A model generated the notes under the pieces. The model was given only the letters and a program-made list of their open reading frames with translations. It ran no database searches and was not told the origin of the DNA. Source: Pirellulales bacterium (lineage in GTDB: Bacteria > Planctomycetota > Planctomycetia > Pirellulales > Pirellulaceae). From it: 36,240 bases of DNA. The position numbers and the translations under genes are program-made. This document shows, one piece after another, positions 9,671 through 18,265 of this stretch. Positions within the stretch are counted from its first letter, which is position 1; the number at the start of each line of letters is the position of its first letter. The stretch lies in contig JBBRJI010000001.1 in the NCBI GenBank assembly GCA_038219625.1, forward strand, positions 1-36,240. Direction: 5' to 3'.

Positions 9671-12600
9671 ATGCTTTCGCAATTGCCCAATCGCCATCGA
9701 TGGCGTTCGAAGTGGCGTTCAGAGTGGCGTTCGTGGATTTCAATCACTACCCTTGCGATTGCGTTAGCCGCCGCGCTGACCTGGTTGGTCGGTTGGATTG
9801 GATTGGCGGCCATCCATCGAATGTCGACGGAGAGCTTGGAGGCTCGCCTAAGTTCCGAGGTAGAAACGTGTGTCCTCGCCTTGGAGACGTGGCTCGATGA
9901 CCAACGGAAAACAGCACAGAGCTGGGCTGGCGAAGCGGGGGTGCAGAACGAGATCGTCGAGTTTATGAATTCGCCTACTCAGCGCGACTGGCGGCGTGAT
10001 CACGTGCTGGCGAGCGACGAGCTGAAGGGCCTTCGAAGGCGATTGTCGCCTGTCTGCAAGTCGCATGACTTCGTTGGTTTTGTCGTGCTTAATCGACAGG
10101 GGCGACAGGTCGCTACTCTCCTGGACGCTGCACTGGGACTTACGCTCGATGCAAAGCCAATGGAATCCATTCATCGCGTATTTCAGGGCGACACGGTGGT
10201 CACACTGCCTTTTGCTTCCGACATTGCTTTGCCCGCCGAGAATGGACTGCTTCAACAAAAGCAAACCACGATATTGGTTGCCACTCCCATCTGGGATAGT
10301 CAGGGGACCGTGATTGCCGTACTTGCTTTTCGATTGCGAACCTCTGGTCCATTTGCTCGCGCATTGGAAACAGCTAGGCCGGGCAAAACAGGTGAGACCT
10401 ATGCCTTTGACAAGAATGGGTTGCTGCTAACCGACAGCCGATTTAATGATCAATTACGTCGGTTGGGACTAATCTCCCCAGCCCCAGAAAGTCGCTCCGT
10501 GCTTAAGGTAATCTTGCGAGATCCGGGGGGTAATTTGACCGAAGGTTTTCGTCCTGCGGTCGCCACAGAGTTGTTGCGGCTGACTCGGATGGCGGCAAGC
10601 GCCACCCAAGGCCGCAACGGTGTCGATGTAACAGGTTATCGCGATTACCGCGGCGTGCGCGTGGTGGGTGCTTGGCGTTGGCTGCCAACCTACGAATTCG
10701 GGGTTGCACGCGAAATTGACGTGGCTGAGGCATACGCGTCACTCGTGGCCGTTGAGCAAATCTTTCTGGTTTGGCTCGGCTTGTTTGCCATCGCCTTGGT
10801 GGTAAGCATCGTGCTGCACTATCGCCGGCAGCGAACAGAACATCTGCGGGCGCGAACGCAGGAAGCACTCACCGCGCTCACGAATCGATTTCAGGCGGTT
10901 CTCGATTCGGCAACACAGGTTTCTATCATTGCCACGGATATGTCAGGGCAAATCACCGTATTCAATTCGGGGGCCGAACGCATGCTTCAATATCGGGCCA
11001 CGGAAATGGTAGGCAGTCAGACGCCAGCGGTAATCCATTTGGAGTCCGAAGTCCGCGCGCATGGCGATAGACTTACTAGCGATTTCGGCCGACCGATTCA
11101 CGGGTTTGACGTGTTTGTCGAGGTTGCAAGACAAGGCAAATACGAAGAGCGAGAGTGGACGTATGTTCGTAAAGACGGTAGTCATTTAACGGTGAATCTG
11201 GTCGTTACGGCGCTGAAGGATTCGTCCGGTGAAATGACGGGCTTTCTCGGTATTGCCAAAGATGTGACGGAAAGCAATCGGGCGGAAGTCGCCTTGCGTC
11301 ACGAGCGCTTTTTATTGCAAACACTGATGGAGAATGTTCCAGACAGCATCTACTTCAAGGATTTGAATAGTCGTTTCCTTCGGATCAGCAAGGCCCTTGC
11401 GGATCGATTCGGTCTTACCGATCCGCAATCGGCGATTGGTAAAACGGACTTCGATTTCTTTACCCTAGAACATGCGGAGCGAGCTCAGGCGGATGAGCTA
11501 GAACTGATGAACTCCCAACAACGAGTGATCGACAAGGAAGAACGCGAAACCTGGTCGGATGGTCGTCGTACATGGGTCGCAACTTCAAAATTCCCCTTGT
11601 TCGATGAGGCGGGAAGGATGGTCGGTACGTTTGGAATTTCTCGCGATATCACCGAGAGGCGATTGGCGGATGAACGCTTTCGGTTAGTCGTCGAGGCCTC
11701 GCTCAACGCGCTCCTAATGGTCGATCGCGACGGTAAGATCATCTTGGTGAATTCGCAAGCTGGAAAAATGTTTGGCTACCATCGCGACGAATTGCTCGGT
11801 CAATCGATTGACATATTAGTTCCGCTCCCTATTCGCGATTCGCATCCGCAGCTTCGCACTAGCTATTTTGAGAACCCAGAAGTGCGTTCGATGGGTTCCG
11901 GGCGTGATCTGCAAGGGATTCGAAAGGACGGCACCAGCGTTTCCATCGAGATTGGTCTCAGTCCACTTGAGACCGAAGACGGTGTCTTTGCATTGGCATC
12001 CGTAATCGATATCACCGCCCGTAAGGGACTGGAAGACTCTCTACGAGCTGCGAAGGACGCCGCCGAAGCGACCAGTCGCGCGAAGAGCGACTTTCTCGCA
12101 AACATGAGCCACGAGATCCGCACACCGATGAATGCCATTATCGGGATGACGGAACTCGTGCTGGGCACCGAACTACCTACCACCCAGCGCGAGTACTTGG
12201 CGATGGTTCTTGAGTCCGGCGAATCGTTGTTGGCGATCATCAATGAGATACTCGATTTCTCAAAGATCGAAGCCGGGAAAATGAAACTGGAGCACGTCGA
12301 TTTCCCACTTTGGGATGACGTGGGGGACGCAGTGAAGTCATTGGCATTGCGAGCACACAGCAAGGGCTTGGAGTTGGCGTACCATATTGGCCGCGATATT
12401 CCCGAGATGCTGGTCAGTGATCCCGTTCGCTTGAGACAAATCATTGTGAACTTAGTGGGCAATGCTATCAAATTCACCGAGCGAGGTGAAATCCTATTGA
12501 CGATTACGTGTGCCGATCAAAATGAAAACGCGGTTTTGCTGCACTTTGCTGTTACCGATACTGGTATAGGAATTGCGCAGGAAAAACAGAACCTCATTTT

Positions 12601-13618
12601 TGATGCCTTCACCCAGGCGGATAGCTCAACAACCCGCCGCTTCGGCGGAACTGGGCTGGGGCTTGCCATCTCCTCACGAATGGTCTCTCTGTTCGGGGGG
12701 AAGCTGGAACTCACGAGCGAGTTGGAAAAGGGAAGTACTTTCTCCTTCACCGTGTGGTTGGATCGAAGCGCACAGGTTCAAGTTGGAAAATCCCATATGC
12801 AGTCTGACTTCTTAAACGGCACGAACGTCCTGATCGTTGATGACAATGCCACCAATCGCCATATCATCCAAGAAATGGTGCGAGGCTGGGGCATGATTCC
12901 GCAAGTCGCTGCCTCCGCATTGGAAGCTCTTGAACAATTGGAATTGCCCGGTGTTCCCATCCCGCTTCTGTTGACGGACATGCACATGCCAGAGATGGAC
13001 GGGATCATGTTGGTCGAACAGATGAGACGGAATCCAAGACTCGTGGACGTTGGAGTTATTGTTTTGTCCTCTGGGGACCCAAGCAGCGACGCGGACCGTT
13101 GGGACAAACTCGGGGTAGCGGCTCGTTTGATGAAGCCGGTCAAGCAATCGGAACTGCTGACCGCGATTGAGAACGCGCTCGCCTTAGGCAATCGTGCAAC
13201 CGCACGGGTGGATGTGCAAGCCAAGGAAGACTTGCCACCCATCCGCCCCTTGCGCATCCTACTGGCCGAAGACGGACTGACCAACCAGAAACTCGCCGTA
13301 GCGCTCTTGCAAAAATGGGGGCACGTGGTGACAGTTGCAAACGACGGTCGAGAGGCCGTGCACGCTTATGAGACCCAGCCGTTTGATCTAGTACTGATGG
13401 ACGTGCAAATGCCAGAAATGGATGGACTGGAGGCGACCGCATGCATCCGAGTTTTGGAAGGCAAGCTAGGACGACATACTCCGATCGTCGCCATGACCGC
13501 CCGTGCCATGAAAGGAGATCGCGAGCAGTGTCTGCAATCTGGAATGGATGGCTATGTCTCCAAGCCCGTCCGGCAACGTGAACTCTATCAAGCTATCGCG
13601 GCCTATTTTGTCCCATGA
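9671..13618 (+). CDS. Hybrid sensor histidine kinase (TM-Cache-like-TM, 3 PAS, HisKA, HATPase, 2 REC)
   Basis: H-box FLANMSHEIRTPMN, N-box NLVGNAIKFT, DTGIGI, GGTGLGL. Two REC domains (LIVDDN..DMHMPEMDG; LLAED..DVQMPEMDG). PAS/PAC-type RKDG motifs. Confidence 0.92.
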   Translation: MLSQLPNRHRWRSKWRSEWRSWISITTLAIALAAALTWLVGWIGLAAIHRMSTESLEARLSSEVETCVLALETWLDDQRKTAQSWAGEAGVQNEIVEFMNSPTQRDWRRDHVLASDELKGLRRRLSPVCKSHDFVGFVVLNRQGRQVATLLDAALGLTLDAKPMESIHRVFQGDTVVTLPFASDIALPAENGLLQQKQTTILVATPIWDSQGTVIAVLAFRLRTSGPFARALETARPGKTGETYAFDKNGLLLTDSRFNDQLRRLGLISPAPESRSVLKVILRDPGGNLTEGFRPAVATELLRLTRMAASATQGRNGVDVTGYRDYRGVRVVGAWRWLPTYEFGVAREIDVAEAYASLVAVEQIFLVWLGLFAIALVVSIVLHYRRQRTEHLRARTQEALTALTNRFQAVLDSATQVSIIATDMSGQITVFNSGAERMLQYRATEMVGSQTPAVIHLESEVRAHGDRLTSDFGRPIHGFDVFVEVARQGKYEEREWTYVRKDGSHLTVNLVVTALKDSSGEMTGFLGIAKDVTESNRAEVALRHERFLLQTLMENVPDSIYFKDLNSRFLRISKALADRFGLTDPQSAIGKTDFDFFTLEHAERAQADELELMNSQQRVIDKEERETWSDGRRTWVATSKFPLFDEAGRMVGTFGISRDITERRLADERFRLVVEASLNALLMVDRDGKIILVNSQAGKMFGYHRDELLGQSIDILVPLPIRDSHPQLRTSYFENPEVRSMGSGRDLQGIRKDGTSVSIEIGLSPLETEDGVFALASVIDITARKGLEDSLRAAKDAAEATSRAKSDFLANMSHEIRTPMNAIIGMTELVLGTELPTTQREYLAMVLESGESLLAIINEILDFSKIEAGKMKLEHVDFPLWDDVGDAVKSLALRAHSKGLELAYHIGRDIPEMLVSDPVRLRQIIVNLVGNAIKFTERGEILLTITCADQNENAVLLHFAVTDTGIGIAQEKQNLIFDAFTQADSSTTRRFGGTGLGLAISSRMVSLFGGKLELTSELEKGSTFSFTVWLDRSAQVQVGKSHMQSDFLNGTNVLIVDDNATNRHIIQEMVRGWGMIPQVAASALEALEQLELPGVPIPLLLTDMHMPEMDGIMLVEQMRRNPRLVDVGVIVLSSGDPSSDADRWDKLGVAARLMKPVKQSELLTAIENALALGNRATARVDVQAKEDLPPIRPLRILLAEDGLTNQKLAVALLQKWGHVVTVANDGREAVHAYETQPFDLVLMDVQMPEMDGLEATACIRVLEGKLGRHTPIVAMTARAMKGDREQCLQSGMDGYVSKPVRQRELYQAIAAYFVP

Positions 13619-13680
13619 ATTTGGAGTGCTGGGATTCATCCGAGCTGTAAAAAGAACCGGCGTCCGGAACCCAATTGCAT

Positions 13681-14769
13681 CTATTGGATTCGGATTTCCG
13701 GCCCATCGTACTTCGTAAAAATCATCCTGCCAGCTTGGGTTTGAAGGGTACTTGTCACTACAACACCGATGGTTTGATTAACGCGTTCTCGGCCCCCTTC
13801 GACAACCACCATCGTACCGTCATCCAAATAGCCAATGCCCTGGTCTTGGCCTTCGCCGGTTTTTACCACTCGCACTTGAAATCCTTCACCGGGCAAAAAC
13901 TGAGGGCGAAGTGCACTGGCAACTTGATTTAGGTCGATCACCTCGACGTTGTGCAATTTGGCAACTTTGTTGAGGTTGAAGTCACCCGTGACCAGCTTGC
14001 CGTCGAGGTGCTTGGCAAGCAGTACGAGCTTCATATCGACCGGCTGGCCAGCGAATTCAGGCAATTCGCGGTCGTACATCATGAAGTCCATTTTTTCGCT
14101 GGTGCGCAAGCGATTCAAAATATCCAAGCCTCGACGCCCTCGGACGCGTCGCAACTTGTCCGAGCTATCGGCAATCGTTTGCAGCTCCAGCAGCACAAAC
14201 CGAGGCATAACCAGTTGACTATCGAGGATGCTGGTTTCTGCGAGTTCGGCCAGCCGTCCGTCAATGATGCTGCTGGTGTCCAAGATCAACGGCTTCATCC
14301 CTTTGAGGTCACGAGAGAACTCAACATAAGGAATCACGAAACGGAAGTCGTCCTTTGTTTGAAGCAACAAACTAATGCAGGTGTAACAAAAAATAGTCAT
14401 AGTCGCGAGCGAAATATATGACTTAAATCTATTGTTTTCTAACATCGGATCCATGGCGATCGTCAATAGATAGGAAAGCAGTACACCGACCAACAATCCA
14501 AAATAGACTGCAGAAATGACTTCGATGCGTTTTCGTGGCAGCAACATGTCGGCGGCAACCACGCCGAACGCGGCCAAAAGGACACCGCTAAAAATCAAAT
14601 AGGGCATCAAGGGGCCTAAAACTTGAAGATCTGGCGATCTGGCCCAAATTGCTCCTACCCCTGCTGCGACGGTGATAAAGATGACTCGAAGGAACAGAAT
14701 TGCCAATGCATCGGCAAAAGGGGTCTTCGAAGTTTTATCGAAAGACGCGTCAAAACGAGAGGTGTCCAT
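13681..14769 (-). CDS. Membrane PIN/TRAM domain protein (YacL-like)
   Basis: Four N-terminal hydrophobic segments. PIN motifs ILDTSSIIDGR..ELQTIADS..RGRRGLDIL..TGDFNLNKVA. TRAM motifs QGIGYLDDGTMVVVE..LQTQAGRMIF. Confidence 0.9.
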   Translation of the reverse strand: MDTSRFDASFDKTSKTPFADALAILFLRVIFITVAAGVGAIWARSPDLQVLGPLMPYLIFSGVLLAAFGVVAADMLLPRKRIEVISAVYFGLLVGVLLSYLLTIAMDPMLENNRFKSYISLATMTIFCYTCISLLLQTKDDFRFVIPYVEFSRDLKGMKPLILDTSSIIDGRLAELAETSILDSQLVMPRFVLLELQTIADSSDKLRRVRGRRGLDILNRLRTSEKMDFMMYDRELPEFAGQPVDMKLVLLAKHLDGKLVTGDFNLNKVAKLHNVEVIDLNQVASALRPQFLPGEGFQVRVVKTGEGQDQGIGYLDDGTMVVVEGGRERVNQTIGVVVTSTLQTQAGRMIFTKYDGPEIRIQ

Positions 14770-14874
14770 GGAATTGTCAAATGTCTACGTTCGTGAAGGG
14801 AGAGTTGTTCCGTTCAATAATAACGTATTTGAACTGGGCATGTCGCCAGAAATTCCAGAAACACCGACGTTTTG

Positions 14875-14923
14875 CCACCCCTTCACTAAGGGGCGGTGAA
14901 TGCCCCCGAGTTTTACTCGGGGG
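14875..14923. repeat. Two adjacent GC-rich hairpins (REP-like or terminator-like)
   Basis: CCACCCCTT-CACT-AAGGGGCGG (14875-14896) and perfect CCCCCGAGT-TTT-ACTCGGGGG (14903-14923). Confidence 0.5.
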
Positions 14924-14973
14924 ATATTTACCATCGCTCTAGAATAGTTGGACATAACCCCTGGCGTGAAGCC

Positions 14974-15095
14974 AAAGGGCACTCACTTTGAGCCGCAACG
15001 CGCTAGCGTGCGGGCTGCAGGGCTAGTAATCACTTGCAAATCCGGCCCTCATGCTAACGCATTGAGGCTCAAAATCTGCAAAGTGAGTGCCATTG
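14974..15095. mobile_element. Putative IS4-like MITE (122 bp) with 11-bp target duplication
   Basis: Direct repeat GGCGTGAAGCC at 14963-14973 and 15096-15106. TIRs AAAGGGCACTCACTTTG / CAATGGCACTCACTTTG match at 15/17. Internal inverted pair 14987-15014 / 15046-15073. Confidence 0.75.
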
Positions 15096-15128
15096 GGCGT
15101 GAAGCCTGGTGCCTGCCGTACGTGCTAG

Positions 15129-15629
15129 CTATTTCGGGGCAACGGTAGCGATCATACGCTTGCCTTGTTGCAAGGGCGGCTGTTCCAACTTGGAAAATTC
15201 GGCTAGTTCTTGAAGAACGTTTTCCATGACGCGGCGACCTTCATCGACGTGAGCCATTTCGCGTCCACGGAAGATAACGGAGACTTGGACTTTGTCTTTG
15301 TCTTTTAGGAAACCGATAGCTTGGCGGACTTTGGTACCGATATCGTGTTCGCCGGTTTTGGGGCGAAGTCGAATTTCTTTTGTTTTGGTTTGGTGGGTGC
15401 GTTGCCCAGACTTCTTACTTTTTTCATATTTGTATTTGCCGAAGTCCATAATTCGGCAAACTGGCGGCTTTTCGTTAGGTGCAACCTCGACCAGATCCAA
15501 GCCCGCATCCCGAGCGCGGTTAAGAGCCTCGTCGGTGGTGATTACCCCGTATTGAGTGCCATCGGGCCCAATGACGCGGATAGGGGAGATACGGATCTGA
15601 TTGTTGATCCTAGTTTGAATGCGTTCGAT
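15129..15629 (-). CDS. infC: Translation initiation factor IF-3, probable non-canonical ATC start
   Basis: [50 protein letters not shown]. No in-frame ATG near the conserved N-terminus. GAAAGGG lies 8 nt before ATC at 15629. Confidence 0.93.
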   Translation of the reverse strand: MERIQTRINNQIRISPIRVIGPDGTQYGVITTDEALNRARDAGLDLVEVAPNEKPPVCRIMDFGKYKYEKSKKSGQRTHQTKTKEIRLRPKTGEHDIGTKVRQAIGFLKDKDKVQVSVIFRGREMAHVDEGRRVMENVLQELAEFSKLEQPPLQQGKRMIATVAPK

Positions 15630-15913
15630 TGTTGAAACCCTTTCGATTTGAATAAATGAACTCCTCCAGCCGACGTGCCAGATCGTATGTGGGACGAATT
15701 GCCCAACCGGTCGGAGACCGGCCAGACTACCTAGGTTAAAGTATCGGCAATTCTGGGCTACTCGGTCAACAGATGTTTGGTTAAATTCTCGAAGCAACAA
15801 CGCAATAATTGAGACTTTTCCGAACGGGGCTGGGTAAGGGGGTGCAAAATCGAGCTAATGGGTGGAAACAGCTTCCCAGGCCGGAGGGAGTGTAGGACAA
15901 GGGCCACTTGCAC

Positions 15914-15941
15914 TTGCAACACTGGCCAAGGTGGCTAACAT
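15914..15941 (+). promoter_or_regulatory. Possible sigma70-type promoter for tRNA-Lys
   Basis: TTGCAA (15914-15919), 16-bp spacer, TAACAT (15936-15941), about 40 nt upstream of the tRNA. Confidence 0.35.
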
Positions 15942-15983
15942 ACCCATTCTGGTGTGCGATCGTTCCGCGAATCACACCTGCCC

Positions 15984-16056
15984 GCCCTTGTAGCTCAGTT
16001 GGTAGAGCAGGTGACTCTTAATCACCGGGTCCAAGGTTCGAGTCCTTGCGGGGGCA
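15984..16056 (+). tRNA. tRNA-Lys(CTT)
   Basis: Acceptor stem GCCCTTG/CGGGGGC, D arm TAGCTCAGTTGGTAGAGC, anticodon stem GGTGA-CT-CTT-AA-TCACC, T arm CAAGG-TTCGAGT-CCTTG. CCA is not encoded. Confidence 0.96.
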
Positions 16057-16174
16057 CTGTGAATTAACCAAGCGATTCGTTGATAAAACCTACCTGGGAG
16101 CCGTTTCCCAGAGCGCTGTTTTCAAAACCAGTTTTCGGTATTTACCGAAAATCGATTGTGAAAGGCGTTCTGAA

Positions 16175-17358
16175 ATGGCCAAAATTCCAGCGTATCGACT
16201 GCACAAAGCCAGCGGGCAAGGCCTTGTTACCATCCGGGGGAAAGACTACTACCTTGGCGCCCACAACACCAAAGAGAGCAAGTCGAAGTACAAGCGACTG
16301 ATCGGTGAATACCTTGCCCAAGGGCAACCCTTGACGTTTGGTCAGCCTGCGAACGATTTGACGGTTGCAGAACTGATGGCGGACTACCTGCGGTTCGCCA
16401 AAGGCTATTTCGGTGAAGGTGAGAATTCCGAGTTCCACCGGATCAAGCTTGTCATGAAGACTCTTCGGGCTCTTTATGGACCAACCCTAGTTCTAGAATT
16501 TGGTCCGCTCCAATACAAGGCAACCCGCGAAACACTTGCTTGTGAGAATGGCAAGCACCGAACGAAGCCAAGAACGCGGCAATACATCAACTCGGCAATG
16601 AAGCGACTTGCGAGGATGTTCAAATGGGGTGCGACCGAAGGAAGACTCCCAGCGTCAATCTATGAGTCCCTGAGAATCATTCCAGGGCTCAAAGAGGGTC
16701 GATGTGAAGCCCCTGAGTCAAAGCAGATTCTTCCGGTCTCTGATGTTCCGTTGAAGCTACGTTGGTTCACTTGCCAAGTACCGTTGCCGACATGGTTAGG
16801 CTTCAACGTCTAACGGGGGCGCTACCAGGGGAAGTTTGTGGGCTCAAGCCTGCGTACATAGACCGATCGGGGAATGTATGGATGGCTGTTTTGGCTGAGC
16901 ACAAAACAAAGCACCACGGCAAAACGCGAACCATCTACATCGGACCAAAGGCGCAATCCGTTTTGTTGCCTTACCTACTTCGGGATGAAAACGATTTTTG
17001 TTTCAAACCTTCAGACTCGGAACGGAAGCGACGAACAACCCAATCGGCCAACCGGGTAACACCCATGAGTTGCGGCAATCGACCGGGAACCAATGTTAAG
17101 GCTGCGGCGGCAATGCAACCGGGGGACCAGTACGACGTGAGCGCTTTTCGCCGTGCAATCCATAGGGCTTGTGTAAAGGCCAATGTTCAATGTTGGCATC
17201 CAAACCAGTTGAGGCACTCGGCAGCAACCGAGATTCGAAAGCAATTCGGCTTGGATTCGGCAGCGTCAATCCTTGGTCATTCGGATGTTGGGGTTACCCA
17301 AGTTTATGCCGAGAACGACAGAACGAAAGCGTTGGCAGTTGCCTTGAAGATTGGTTAA
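16175..17358 (+). pseudogene. Tyrosine recombinase/integrase pseudogene
   Basis: N-terminus MAKIPAYRLHKASGQ. Frameshift at ~16744-16750 splits it into ORFs 16046..16813 and 16762..17358. NQLRH, LGHS and TQVY are present, but box I reads LTGALPGE (CTA at 16822 where the catalytic Arg is expected). Directly downstream of the tRNA. Confidence 0.88.
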
Positions 17359-17672
17359 CCTGTATTCGACACATCGCAAGGGGAAGTCATGAGCCCCGCG
17401 CCAACCGATGCACTCGGAAACCTTAGTTCAGGTGCATCGGTCGGCAGCGATTTCATTTCACTAAGGTATCTAAAAAATGCAAAAGTTCGTTGAAACGCTT
17501 GAGCGTTTTTCGTCGGTCGATCCTACGGGTTCCGTTGTTGATGTCCTCGAAGCGGCCAAAGATTTCGACCTGTGCGATTGAAATTGGGACAATCTCAAAT
17601 GCTAGCATGATTCGCATATGACATTGTAACGTTTTTGTGGTTCGTCACGACGTTTTTATGAGGATCAAAACG

Positions 17673-17795
17673 ATGGCTCGAAACTTGGAAGTATCGATTC
17701 GAATTGAAATGAATGAAACCGAGGCGTCGATCGTAAGCCGGGCCGGCTACCAATGCTCGCATTTGAAAAACGGCGGCGAGTACGGATTTTGCTAG
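17673..17795 (+). CDS. Small hypothetical ORF (40 aa), probably the truncated start of an element gene
   Basis: GAGGA Shine-Dalgarno then MARNLEVSIRIEMNETEASIVSRAGYQCSHLKNGGEYGFC*. It ends out of frame inside the DUF1800-like fragment. Confidence 0.3.
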   Translation: MARNLEVSIRIEMNETEASIVSRAGYQCSHLKNGGEYGFC

Positions 17796-17998
17796 AGCAT
17801 CCCGCAACATCCCGAAGACTCGCTTGGCGATTGACCAAAGAGTTTTTCGCTGATGGCCTGGTGGATCAAACGGGAATGGAAGAGCTTGCCAGTGGGTTGA
17901 GAGAACGTCAGCTCGATGTTCGCTGGGCGGTCGAAACGATTCTTCGATCCGAGATGTTTTTTTCCGATGCGAACATTGCAAAACGGATTGCTGACCCA
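17780..17998 (+). pseudogene. Internal fragment of a DUF1800-like gene
   Basis: ILLEHPATSRRLAWRLTKEFF..LASGLR..VETILRSEMFF..RIADP resembles the internal region of DUF1800 proteins. No start or end of its own. Confidence 0.6.
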
Positions 17999-18252
17999 AG
18001 TGGAGTCGGGACATAAGGCTTGCTCCTTTCTTTCGTCCACGCGATGTGGGATTCTGTCAAGTCGCCTAGTCCACCTTGTCGAATGGCATAGGCCCGTTCG
18101 CTTGGCGATCCACCAAAACTAAAGATGTGACCAAGCCCAATAGACGGAGTGCAGACGAATTTTTCTGTGGGACCATTCACCCACCAAATTCTTTCTCCCG
18201 ATTCGGGCTCTAAGCCAACCGTCTGCTTAGCGCCTGTTAGGATGATTTGACG
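17998..18252 (-). pseudogene. Internal fragment of a PQQ-like beta-propeller gene
   Basis: RQIILTG..GLEPESGERIWW..TPSIG..AIRQGGLGDLTESHIAW..PYVPTPL resembles planctomycete PQQ_2/BamB-like repeats. Truncated on both sides. Confidence 0.7.
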
Positions 18253-18265
18253 GGAGCACACTCGC

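Noticed and set aside
9701-9736. 12-bp tandem repeat TGGCGTTCnnnG x3 (WRSK-WRSE-WRSW) in the kinase N-terminus
   Set aside because: Short in-frame slippage in a basic leader, with no evidence of function or phase variation.
15630-15800. 57-aa N-terminal extension of IF-3, or an L20-type leader
   Set aside because: The extension has no IF-3 similarity. Only a short hairpin (CCGGTC-GGA-GACCGG) is visible, and rplT is not downstream.
16744-16760. Programmed ribosomal frameshift in the integrase
   Set aside because: No slippery heptamer or A-run at the shift, and the catalytic Arg is also lost. Pseudogenisation is the simpler explanation.
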